A DNA stretch of 64,000 nucleotides from Scyliorhinus canicula (taxonomy: Eukaryota), in the NCBI RefSeq assembly GCF_902713615.1, contig NW_024055478.1, positions 864,363 to 928,362 of the forward strand, in the 5' to 3' direction. Made by a program: the position numbers and the translations under genes. The notes beneath the pieces were generated by a model. It had not been told where the DNA came from, made no database searches, and was given only the letters and a program-made list of their open reading frames with translations. Positions 23,651 to 34,185 of the stretch are shown here, piece by piece; position 1 is the first letter of the stretch; each line of letters opens with the position of its first letter.

Positions 23651-23723
23651 TGTTTCTGCCCGGTTTCGAACCGGAGATCTTTCGCGTGTGAGGCGAATGT
23701 GATAACCACTACACTACAGAAAC
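23651..23723 (-). tRNA. tRNA-Val-CAC: tRNA-Val-CAC
   Basis: Reverse complement GTTTCTGTAGTGTAGTGGTTATCACATTCGCCTCACACGCGAAAGATCTCCGGTTCGAAACCGGGCAGAAACA; stems intact. Confidence 0.9.
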
Positions 23724-24948
23724 CGCTGGCAATCAATGGAGGTGCGGAATGTACAACCTCACTGTGTTGCTGCAGATTCTGATGGTCTGTTTGAGAGGCC
23801 AGGTCCCTTGTTATAGACGACAGTTTCTTACATTAACAGATGTCTCAACATATAAAGCTGTGAGATGTAGAACTTATATTGAAATTAACATAAGTTATAT
23901 TTTGCTTAATGTCGGTCTTAAATTTGTGCTCTTTGGTCTCGAGGTATGGTTCTCGTATAGGGATTTTCAATCAATGCCTATGGGAGTGGTCGTTGGTTTA
24001 AATCCAGGACAAGCCTTTACTCCAGGTCCGAGATTATGAATTGTTTGCGATGCTGACGGCGGGGTTGATTTACATTGGCCCACTCTGAAAAAGATTTCTC
24101 AGGACTCGCGATGTTTACGCCGTTTCTCTCCCTACAGATGATGCTCGAGAGAGAGAGAGACAGTGTCTGAGCTGGAGTGCGTTTGGATAAAATTGATGCT
24201 CCAGATCTGTGTTAACCACAGGGACATGACCCATCTAATCCACAGAGCCAAAGTGGAGAATTGAACTGACTGGAGAGCTGGATCTTAACGCTGACCTCTC
24301 GGACCTCGGCGTCGTGAAATGTTCCAAAGAAGCTCAACAGACACTCGAGGAACAGCAGCGCATCTTTCCACTGGGCTCAATACAGCTTTCACACTCAGTG
24401 TGTGTTCAGCAGTTTCACACTGTAAATGCTGCAACCATTTTGTGTGTCCTTACATCGCAGATTTGGGTTTCAATCTTGTTTCCACTTGTTCTTTGTGTCT
24501 GGGCGGTAGTTGTTGATCTGCCATCGATAGCTCCTCCAGACAAATCTTTTGTTTCTTTGTTTCTTCCATTGCGCTAACAGAGAGCTGGCACAGACACGGC
24601 GGCCGGAATGGCCTCATACTGTGGTGTCATTATTCTCTGATTCGATGCTAACCTAACTCTGTGGCCAAGGACCCAAGGCCTCTTCTCATTTAATCTCTCC
24701 TGACTTTCCCCCTATTAGAGCCCTTTCCTGTTGTTCTGTTCCCTCCCTCCGGGAGTTCACTTGGTTAAGACGTACCACATTTCTAACCTGTCCCGGTTTT
24801 ATTGAAAGGTGATGGTGAAAGACGAACTTGTTGTCCTGTCGACAAATGCCGACTGACTACCTGAGATGTTGCAGTACTTTTGGCGTTCTCCGCAGATGTT
24901 AGATCGATTTTCGATGGCAATGACAGTATGCGTTGGCTCTTTCCGCGG

Positions 24949-25031
24949 GGCTCGATGGTTTAGGGGTATGATATGTGTGTCTCGCTGTCGGAATTTGCGA
25001 GAAGTTCCGGGTTCAAATCCTGAATGAGCCC
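24949..25031 (+). pseudogene. tRNA-Pro pseudogene (anticodon region deleted, intron retained)
   Basis: ggctcgatggtttaggggtatgata..tgtgtgtctcgctgtcggaatttgcgagaagttccgggttcaaatcc. Confidence 0.75.
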
Positions 25032-25150
25032 TTCGATGAGCTTTTCCGTTGGTCAAGCAACATGTTTTCTTCTTTTCTTTGCGGCGTAGACGGCGGCATT
25101 CATAGCTGTCCAACCCATCCAACTAAAGGGGACGCCAAAACTCGGAACTG

Positions 25151-25223
25151 CGAGCCAGCCAGCAGTCGAACTTGGAATCTCCTGATTCGTAGTCAGACGC
25201 TTTATCCATTGCGCCACTGCAGG
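25151..25223 (-). pseudogene. tRNA-Arg-ACG pseudogene (5' end altered)
   Basis: Reverse complement ..CAGTGGCGCAATGGATAAAGCGTCTGACTACGAATCAGGAGATTCCAAGTTCGACTGCTGGCTGGCTCG. Confidence 0.8.
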
Positions 25224-25303
25224 TCCTTGCTATTCCTCGGATGATGAAGACCAGTTACGAGATTGAGGTAATATTAGCAACAGTCTAAACTGGAAACACC
25301 AGA

Positions 25304-25376
25304 TGTTTCGGCCCGGTTTCGAACCGGGGACCATTCGCGTGCAAAGCGAATGTGATAACCACTACACTACAGAAAC
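25304..25376 (-). tRNA. tRNA-Val body with non-cognate anticodon TGC
   Basis: TTCGC TT TGC AC GCGAA (anticodon 25341-25343); no G3:U70 pair. Confidence 0.8.
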
Positions 25377-25714
25377 AGCTGGCAGCACAGACTCCAACGA
25401 ACCTGCGAACCTTCAACTCAACTACCTTGTTGCAGCTTCGCATGGTTCGGCTGAGAGGCCATGTCGCTTCTTATAAGAATACGTCTGTTTCGTCAAACCA
25501 GATGTCTTAACTTACAAGCCAGAAGAAGAATCTATATTGAACTGAAGCATTTGTTCAGCAAATCTCTAACGGCGAAATGCTCTCTATTATTAATGCAGCA
25601 TTCTTAAATCCTACAGAAAAAAGCAACCGACTTTAAACAATATTTGTTTCCTTATTCAATGCGTGAGTTGAGTTTAAGAATTGATAATTATGTGTTTTGA
25701 GTACACATTACTAT

Positions 25715-26010
25715 AAGACATCCTTCAATCTGGCCTGTTGCATTTGCTGATCCCAATGCCATCTACTCTGCATTGGAGAGACTAAATGCCGACTCGGTAA
25801 CCGCTTTGGAAAACACCTTCGCTCCATCGACAAACTGGTGGCAGACTCTCCTGTCGCTTGCTACTTGAACTCACTGTCCTGCTCTCATGTCCACATGTCC
25901 GATCTTGGCCTGCTGCAATGTTCCCATGTAGCTCAGCACAACGCCGAGGAAGAGCCCCCATCCTCCGAATAGGCACGGTACAGCCTTGCGGATTTTACAG
26001 TAGGCTCAAC
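25715..26010 (+). mobile_element. Penelope-like GIY-YIG remnant
   Basis: Inverse of 10075-10350. Confidence 0.65.
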
Positions 26011-27247
26011 AACTTCGCACCGTGAAATCACTCTTCCCACTTCACCACATGTTTTTTTCCATCAACTTATTTTCATTGCTGCCATTGATATGTCTTCCTC
26101 TCCCATTGTCTCCCCCTCCCCATTCCCCTAGCCAATCCCATCCCTCTTGGGAAATCCGCCCTTTGTTCCTCACTGTCCTCTGCCATTAACACATTCTAAT
26201 CTTCTAATCGTCTCTGTCAGCACCGTTCTTAACTTTGATTAGAAACATTTACATTCCCTTTTTCTTTCGGCCCAACACATTTTTGTTATTCTCCACCCAT
26301 CGCTGGCCGTCTGTCGAGGCCCAATGCTTCACGCTCCCCCCCCCCCCCCCCCTCCAGGCCCCAGGCCCAATGCTTCACGCTCCCCTCCCCCCCCACCCCC
26401 ACCCCCACCCCCACCGCCAATCTAAACCTAACCAAAGATCCAGTTGTCCAGCTTCGACAAAGAGTCACCCAGACTCTAAACGACACTTGCCATCTCTCTC
26501 CACAGAGCCTGTCAGATCTGCTGAGGCTGTCCTGTGTTTTCCGTTTTTGTTTCCCATTGACGCATCCGCAGTAAATTGCTTTTATCGTACATTTAGACAT
26601 GTTTGAAAGATGCGCTGCTGTTCCTCGAGTGTCTGTTGAGCTTCTTTGGAACATTTCACGACGCCGAGGTCCGGGAGGTCAGCGTTAAGATCCAGCTCCC
26701 CAGTCAGTTCAATTCTCCACTTTGGCTCTGTGGATTAGATGGGTCACGTCCCTGTGGTTAACACAGATCTGGAGCATCAATTTTATCCAAACTCACTCCA
26801 GCTCAGACACTGTCTCTCTCGAGCATCAGCTGTGGGGAGAGAAACGACGTAAACATCGCGAGTCCTGAGAAATCTTTTTCAGAGTGGGCCAATGTAAATC
26901 AACCCCGCCGTCAGCATCGCAAACAATTCATAATGTCTGACCTGGAGTAAAGGGCTTGCCCCGGATTTAACCCAGGACCGCTCCCTTGGGCATTGATTGA
27001 AAATCCCTAAACGAGAACCACACCTCGGGACCAAAGAACACAAGTTTCAGACGGAGCTTCAGTAAAATATAACTCATGTTAAATTCGATATAATTTCTGC
27101 AACTCATGGTTTTATATGTTGAAACATCTGTTTTTTAAAGAAACAGCTGTCGCCTTGGAATAAGTGACGTGGCCTCTCAGCCTCACTATTACAATCTGCA
27201 GCAACACAGTGACGTTGTACATTGTACACGTCCATTGCTTGTCAGCG

Positions 27248-27320
27248 GTTTCTGTACTGTAGTGGTTATCACATTCGCCTCACACGCGAAAGGTCCCCTT
27301 TTCAAAACCAGGCAGAAACA
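27248..27320 (+). pseudogene. tRNA-Val-CAC with disrupted T arm
   Basis: ...CCTCACACGCGAAAGGTCCCCTTTTCAAAACCAGGCAGAAACA. Confidence 0.78.
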
Positions 27321-27414
27321 TCTCGTGCTTCCAATTTTGTATTTTGCTGAATATTACCTCAATCTCATAACTGGTCTCCATCAACGAGGAATAGCCAATG
27401 ACGTGCACCGCTGT

Positions 27415-27479
27415 GGCCCAGTGTCGCAAAGGATAACGCGTCTGACTACGAATTCCAGGTTCCACTTCTGGCTGGCTCG
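27415..27479 (+). pseudogene. tRNA-Arg-ACG pseudogene with internal deletion
   Basis: ggcccagtgtcgcaaaggataacgcgtctgactacgaattccaggttccacttctggctggctcg. Confidence 0.72.
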
Positions 27480-27817
27480 GAATTCAGAGTTTTGGTGTGC
27501 GCTTTAACTCAGTGGGTGGGACAGCTGATTCTTTGTGCAGAAAAATGAAGATTGCGTTTAGTTACCTTCTATTTAGGTTTCTCGACAATATTTGACATTT
27601 GTGTTTTGATGTGTATTTCAATAAACCCACTCAGTAGTTATACATTGGATTGAAGAGAATCCGTCAGCAGAGGGAGGCAGGCAGCGGTATGCTAATTAGA
27701 AAGTCACGTGAGATCAATGCCAAAGCCAATAGTGACGTGAGATGCTGGCGTCGGACTGGGCGAGCAGTAAGAAGTCTGACAACAACCTGGTTAAAGTCCA
27801 ATCATGATGGTATCCTG

Positions 27818-27827
27818 AGTGATGTCA
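27818..27827 (+). promoter_or_regulatory. CRE-like TCR V promoter decamer AGTGATGTCA
   Basis: About 120 bp upstream of ATG 27950; CTCF-like TCAGCAGAGGGAGG at 27664-27677. Confidence 0.6.
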
Positions 27828-27949
27828 CAATAGGCCTGGCCCCCTGCGGTGTGTGGCTGGAACAATGAGTTGAACAGAGCCTGGGATCCCTCTCTCTTTC
27901 TCATTCTCTGACTCATTTCATTCCCATTCACTGAGAAATTTAATGAGAC

Positions 27950-28473
27950 ATGTTTCTAATAATACTGGCGACGCTCTGGGACGGTCAGTATACGATTAGG
28001 TTCATCGTGACAGTTTAGCATATTGATTGCAAATAGTTTGCACTCAACATTAATATCGTTGACGATAAGATATATACATGTTATGTGTAGCTTGGCAAAT
28101 GAGAGTTTACACACTTACGTCTCGATAGACACACGTTTCGCTTGACTCTATTTAATCTCGGGCTCTTTTGTTCATCGACTTTCACAGGCGGATTATGTGC
28201 ATTGACTCAGTCTCCAGTGACATTAACTGTGTTAGAAGAGCGTTCGGCGCAGTTAATTTGCGAGTATACAGATCAGGGTATAAACACCATGCAGTGGTAT
28301 CGGCAGAAACAGGCACATCCTCCAATTTGCATAATTTACAAAGTAGCAGTACTGAAGAAAGATAAAATCTCAGGACGATATCTGGCGACTGATGATTAGT
28401 CTACAAAGTCTGGTTACCTGAACATAAGCGCCCTGAATGTGGAGACGGAGCGGTTTATTACTGTTCAGTGAGG
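27950..28473 (+). pseudogene. TCR alpha/delta-type V pseudogene (short-leader family, member 3)
   Basis: Leader MFLIILATLWD|G (27950-27983, GTCAGT donor). V exon from 28188: GLCALTQSPVTLTVLEERSAQLICEY...WYRQKQAHPP...GRYLATDD* then a 1-nt deletion before YYCSVR. Confidence 0.9.
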
Positions 28474-28512
28474 CACAGTGTCTGATACAAGACAAGAAGT
28501 CGTACAAAGACC
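28474..28512 (+). other. 23-RSS, near consensus
   Basis: CACAGTG-23 nt-ACAAAGACC. Confidence 0.9.
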
Positions 28513-29299
28513 TCCTTTCTTCTCGGCTGAGGGTTTTTGATGCCTCTAACTGCGAAAGTCTATTTGCGTGCTCGCAGTGAACAAAACTGACAGGTTTATG
28601 TAAGACACATTTGCATTGATGTCTTTATCCTTGTCCACCTGAACAGAAAGCCGGTCTAGGAAACCCTGAGACTTATCTGCATGGTCCGAGTTATATCACC
28701 ACAGCAATTATTTCGGAGCTTACCCTGAATATTGATGTTCCAACAGAGGCGACCCAGGAGTAGTGAGTCTGTGTTACTTGTTGCGGCAAAAGAACACAGG
28801 CTGTGTCAGAGTCTGGGATGGATACTAACACATGGAATAAACAATGTCCCTTTGAACATAGTCTTACCAAGCAGCACGGCCATTATCAGAAACGGCCCTG
28901 GAGAGAACACGGTGTCTAATGTAGACTTCAGCGGAAAAAGAATCCTTGTTATTAAACGCAGATCAGAAACAGATTTCACTTATCTGGCGACTGAGGGACG
29001 TTTTCCAGCGACAGTGTTATAAACTGTAGGTCCGTCTCAGCTGCTTTTTGCAGAGCTAACCGCTGTTCCACCGCAGCCCAATGGTGCTTTAGCATCTGGA
29101 CTTGGGGAACAGGCTGTCAGTGAATCTAAACAACCCGAACAGAGATCTAGTCAGTATCCTTATAAGAATACAGGTTTCACCGTTAGGCACGGGGTAGGAA
29201 TGGCCCCGGTCATCTGGTTATTGTCAGGCGGAAGAATTAGGCTGTGAATTGTGTCAGAAAACATTCAAATAAACATTTGTAAATAAACATTGAGGTAAT

Positions 29300-29420
29300 T
29301 CTGAGCTTTTGGCTTGTTACCAGCAAATTAGTCGAGCCAAATAGACACTATGTGCCGGCTGTGGTCGAAGAGACCCAGAAACTGAGCGTGAATGGGGAAA
29401 GGATTTCACTGATTCCGAAA
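29300..29420 (-). pseudogene. Highly decayed V relic (CDR1/FR2 region)
   Basis: tatgtgccggctgtggtcgaa resembles tatgtaccagctgtggtcgaa in the V at 32900-33204 (STTAGT motif). Confidence 0.4.
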
Positions 29421-29668
29421 GACAGGACAAGATCACAAAAAGGCAGAAAGTGTGTGAACGCACCACAAATTAATTTTTGAAATTAATTTACAGTATAGCT
29501 GCAAGTTAAAAATCGAACTAATAACATTCCTCAGCTGCTGCTTACGTTATTGTTGGGTGTTGTGTTTTGTTCTCATATCTTAATCATGACCCTCACAGGC
29601 TCAGTTATTGTTTATGTTTTCAGTGCGAGCGCGCCCTCTGCTGACAATAACTGGAACTCTCACGCTGG

Positions 29669-29708
29669 GGTTTTTGTACAGGCTCCACTATTTCTCTGCA
29701 TCAGTGTG
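29669..29708 (-). other. RSS with 24-nt spacer
   Basis: CACACTG-ATGCAGAGAAATAGTGGAGCCTGT(24)-ACAAAAACC. Confidence 0.85.
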
Positions 29709-30132
29709 GGCTCCATGGCACAGAAATACACGGCGGTGTCGGAGAGAAGCGCCGCGGCGATATTTAAAGGAACCGTTTTGTTTTCATTGTTTAAAATAGC
29801 CGAGAACCTGGCTGGCAAATCTTGAGACGTAGCTCCTGAGCTATATATCTTGAATAAATATTTCGGAGCTTCCCCGGGAGACTGGATGTACCAGAACAGA
29901 GTTAGAGTACCAGTTGTCGAGTAGCTGCAGCCCAGTGTTATTGCCCGTCCTTCCAGAACTGTTAATTCAGCGGGATCCTGGAACACTTCATCTTTGCCAT
30001 TTGTGCCTGCAACAAATTACAGAATCTATTAAATACCTGGGAGCGAACGCTGGGAACAGACAATGACCATTTGAACATAGACTCACCGGGCAGCAAGACC
30101 AACAGTATTAGAAAAGAACATCGAGAGAACAT
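29709..30132 (-). CDS. Intact unrearranged TCR alpha(/delta) V gene segment: leader exon 30087-30132, V exon 29709-30006
   Basis: MFSRCSFLILLVLLP|GTNGKDEVFQDPAELTVLEGRAITLGCSYSTTGTLTLFWYIQSPGEAPKYLFKIYSSGATSQDLPARFSAILNNENKTVPLNIAAALLSDTAVYFCAME; GTGAGT donor, TTGCAG acceptor, phase 1. Confidence 0.93.
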
Positions 30133-30525
30133 GGCTGCTGCTTTAGAATTTCACAGAAGTCACAGAATTGTTAAAACATGTTAACTCTTATAGTCTGACA
30201 TGAAAAAGGAAATTCAAAGGCAGATTTCATTTATTGGGCAACTAAGGGGCGTGGCCCAATGGTAGGATTGGTTGGCTTCTCATTGCTGCTGATCACGCAA
30301 GTGAACACATGTGCTCCCTGTCAGCAATTGGCTAACACTCAGTATTAGTGTCAGCTCAGTGACTTACTCTTTCTCTAGATCGCACTGTGTCTTTTTCTGC
30401 GTCCTTTGTTCTTCTCGATGTTTGTCTGGCTCTTTCAATCGTTAAGTATATCTGTGTGCCAATCTCTTTCCTCTGTGTCTCGGAACCTCTCTCTCCTTCT
30501 ACCCTGTGTCAGGAAAGCGCAGAAT

Positions 30526-30740
30526 GGGGCGACACGGTGGCGCACTGGTTAGCACTGCTACCTCACGGTGCTGGGCTGCCGGGTTTGATCCTCGGTCTCG
30601 GGTCACTGTCCATGTGGAATTTGCACGTTCTCTCCGTGTCTGTGAGGATCTCACCCCGACGAACACAAAGGTGTACAGGGTAGGTGGATTGGCCACGCTA
30701 ATTTGCCCCTGGATTGAAATCAAAATGAATTGTGTACTTT
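30526..30740 (+). mobile_element. HE1/V-SINE-like SINE
   Basis: ggggcgacacggtggcgcactggttagcactgctacctcac...gggtaggtggattggccacgctaatttgccc. Confidence 0.8.
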
Positions 30741-31242
30741 AAATTTATTAAAACAAAGGAAAGTGCAGAATGTGGAACATTCATTTTCTCCCAGTCTGCC
30801 ATGTCAACAACTTCACCAAACCACGTGTTCCAGGAAGGAGGGAGCAGAAGCATCAGGCAAAATATGCTCCCCGGAACTCTGAGACACTCAATTAGAAATC
30901 AAGCTGCCTCTCGGATCAATTGCAGATCCGGGAATTCACGAGAAATGTCTTCACCCAGTAGAGGTTAGAATATGGAAATGTCCATTACAAGTACTGACAG
31001 AGGCGAATTGATGCATTTAAGGGACCAAGGAGGCAGGATGGTTTGGAAGGATATCCTCGAGTGAGATGAAACTGGTTAGAGGATATTGGTAGGACGTGTG
31101 AGCATCTCGGTACTGAGTCAGATGTTCTTTTCATGGGTATAAATTCTATTTAATTTTATAGAACACAGTCTGCGAGTTTTTACTGTCAGTTCAGTTGAAT
31201 TTTTAAGCAATGATTTCCGCTTTCTATAACCGTGTATTCCAG

Positions 31243-31585
31243 CTCTAAGCAATGGAGATTCTGTTACTCAGCGGGAATCCTCACTCGCACACGTAGAGGG
31301 CAAGATGTCACTTTAACCTGCACTTATACCGACGATGCATTTTACTTATTCTTGTCACCGTCAGTACCCTGACAGACAGCCTGGGGTTGCTGCCTGGAGG
31401 CACGAGAACGGCAGGGATTCACTTAAGGCGGATTTCGCGCAGAAATTATTTTTCAATTCAGTGCAACAGTCGGACAAGTTGTACCCATTGCCCATCTCGG
31501 AGCTGCGGCTGTCTAACACAGCGGTCTGATACTGTGCACAGAGTGTAACAGTGATGAGAGCGAGTGAAAGTCTCGAGCAAAAACT
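31243..31585 (+). pseudogene. TCR V pseudogene (V exon 31243-31546) with defective 23-RSS
   Basis: GDSVTQRESS...GQDVTLTCTY...RQYPDRQP...ISELRLSNTAV*YCAQ with frameshifts; AACAGTG-23-GCAAAAACT. Confidence 0.82.
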
Positions 31586-32860
31586 GCCGCAAGTTTCTGG
31601 GTCACAGCTGCTGTCTGTTGAAGAGTTTTTAAACAGCAGATCGGCTACTGACAAGTTAATAGATTCTCGTGCACATAAACTACAGCACAAGCCATAGCAA
31701 CACCGCCTAAAATGGTTCGCATTGAATACTGATTCAGTCTGATTGTTGCATTAACTGTGAGAGGGAGGAACTTGCTGCTGTTCATTTCGAGTCTCGGAGA
31801 ACTCGCTATTACCATTGCGAGTACTGCCACCCGTGGGTCTGGAACTATTTACATCCGTGCACCTCTGATGAGGAAAAAAAAACTCCGAGTGAGAGCAAAG
31901 ACTTTTATGTTTGTGACACCAGGCTGTAATGGAAACCGAATGCAGCATGGTGAGGAAACTCCTAATCAATAGAATAGGCCGATAACATTCCTCTCAATGT
32001 TAAATACACTAACGAATATTAAAACTAAGAATGAACAGTCACATGAAGAGTTATAAAGGGGCATTTTCAGGACATGATTAGAGGCCAATGAAAATAATAT
32101 AGTAAACTGTGAGGTCAGGCGTTGTGCGTTTTCGGTAGCGGAATGGTCACCGAATGGTCGGGAAAAGGAGTAAATGGAAGAATAATCAAAACATTTTCTT
32201 CACTACATGTTCTGCAGCTTTGGATTTGGATTTTAGTGTCACAAGTGCCGAGGTAGAATGAAAAATATTGTTCTGCGTACAGTCCAGTCAGATCGTTGCA
32301 TTAATGAAAAACAGGATATACGATAGATACACAATATAAATCTATAGGCACAGACATCGGGTGAGCATACGCAGTGTAGTATAATAATAATATTAATAAT
32401 CTTTATTAGTGTCACAAGTAGGCTTACATTAACAATGCAATGGAGTTACTGTGAAAATCCCCATGTCGCCACACAAGCACAGTTCAGTTCATAAGAGGGT
32501 CATTCAGAAGTCTGGTAATAGCGGGGAAGAAGCTATTTTGAATCCAGCTTGTATACCTGCTATTGCGGCTGCATTTACTTGTTGTGTTACTTCCTGTAAC
32601 CGCTACATCACATCGTTAAGTGTTGTTTTCAACATTTCTTTCGCGACATTGTTCAATTACAAAATGATACAAATGCTCCAAACATTTCTTTTCATTCTGT
32701 CTAGAATGTATTTAATGTGAATGGAATGGAACAGAACTTTCCCAATGCAGCACTATTACTTTCGGCGTCATACTTATTTCAATATTTTCAAATTACAACA
32801 ATCTGCAGGTTTATCTCCCAATCTGTACCCAGTTCCATTCACAGTGTCACACTGCGACAG

Positions 32861-33204
32861 TGATTTTGTACCAGACTCCCTCTGGTTGCTGTCACTGTCT
32901 CTCAGTCCGCAGTACTACACCGCGCTGTCAGACAGCAACAGTTCCCGGATGTTGAAATTACCCTCACTCCTCGAACTGTCTAAAGATGCAGAAAATCGAC
33001 TCCCCACGCCCACTGCTCTGGAAACATCTCCGTAATTAGGAATGTACATCAAGAATATGGGGGCTTCGTCCCGGTCCTGACGGTACAATTGCAAATAATA
33101 TGTACCAGCTGTGGTCGAATAGCTGAAATCAATAGTAATCAATTCTCCTTCAAACTTTGTCGCTGTAACAGGTTCCTGTGAAACCATATCTGCACCGATA
33201 ATAC
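32861..33204 (-). pseudogene. TCR V pseudogene (V exon 32900-33204) with defective 23-RSS
   Basis: DMVSQEP...ITIDFSYSTTAGTYYLQLYRQ...LLLSDSAV*YCGLR; first Cys and Trp lost; GACAGTG-23-ACAAAATCA. Confidence 0.88.
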
Positions 33205-33471
33205 CTGCAAAAAATAGAAATCCGAGCTTAAACTTTGTATTACTTTGTTAGAAATCATGCAATCATGGAATTGTATATATTACAGTTAAGGGTGGATCAC
33301 AATGTAAGTATCGCGAGCTGTCTGGAAATTCTGACCGTCAACTGTCCAATGGCCCAATAGTGAGAACCATTGACCTCATTGAGGGAAACCCATTCAGATG
33401 GAGCTGGATTGTCCCGTTTATTATCTGTACCAATGCAACTCCTTGTGCTTACTTGATACGGAAATTGCGCC

Positions 33472-33510
33472 AGTTTGTGTATGAGCCCCGCCGGGCCCTT
33501 ATCCACTGTG
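33472..33510 (-). other. 23-RSS
   Basis: CACAGTG-23 nt-ACACAAACT. Confidence 0.9.
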
Positions 33511-33982
33511 GGTCTCAGCGCGCAGTAATACACGGCGCTGTCTGTCATCTTCAAATCTGTCAGGGACAAGTGAAAAGTGCTTTGTGTCGGGTTGAGTTTC
33601 CCGCTGAAGCGTTCAAAGCCGGGAGCCGTCTCGTTGAACCCATAACTATCGGCTCTGAGTAGATATCGCGGAGCTCGGTGTGGATACTGGCGATACCAGA
33701 AGTGGTAATAGCTTGCAGCTGAACTCGATACCGAATAACTGCAGGGTATGGCTGAATCATCACCCTCTTCTGCGTCGACTCGTTGTTCTTCCTGAGACAC
33801 CGAGTCTCCCTTACTCATCCCTGAAAAGAAAAAGCTGGTTAGAAGGAGAAACGTGAAGCGGATGAGCACCCGAAGATGGAAATAAGAACACATTTGGGAA
33901 TTGGAGGATTCAGTACAGAAGTTCAATATAACCAACCTGTCATCAGGACAATAACCAGAGACAGGCAGAGTATCAGCCCCAT
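33511..33982 (-). CDS. Intact unrearranged TCR alpha/delta V gene segment: leader exon 33937-33982, V exon 33511-33820
   Basis: MGLILCLSLVIVLMT|GMSKGDSVSQEEQRVDAEEGDDSAIPCSYSVSSSAASYYHFWYRQYPHRAPRYLLRADSYGFNETAPGFERFSGKLNPTQSTFHLSLTDLKMTDSAVYYCALR; splice sites in phase. Confidence 0.94.
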
Positions 33983-34171
33983 GGTTCGAATCTGAACTCC
34001 AGATACAGAGACAGGTATCACTCACTGGACCAGCCCTGTAATTGGCGGAGATGAAACAATTAGCGAGATGTTATGAGTTCGAATCCGATTTCTTCGCTCC
34101 GACCACCTTCACGTCTTAAAGCGGTCGCTTCCTCTGGAACCGGTCGGTGATGTTTGATATGTGACCAGAGA

Positions 34172-34185
34172 GCGCCCTCCTGTGG
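34172..34185 (-). promoter_or_regulatory. CTCF-like motif CCACAGGAGGGCGC about 190 bp upstream of the intact V
   Basis: 12/14 match to CCACCAGAGGGCGC. Confidence 0.4.

Larger units (their letters stand above)
22282..27500. repeat. Diverged copies of both tRNA repeat types, partly inverted
   Basis: 22282-25030 resembles the 2.46-kb unit; ~25090-26600 is an inverted Val-Arg block; ~26620-27330 is an inverted copy of ~23640-24350. Confidence 0.85.

Noticed and set aside
28540-29250. ORF 28732-29022 and nearby splice-like signals
   Set aside because: No recognisable domain, and candidate exons contain stops.
31700-31900. Second V directly after the RSS at 31547 (NAR-TCR-like tandem)
   Set aside because: Only vague FR1 similarity; no Cys/Trp/YYC or RSS.
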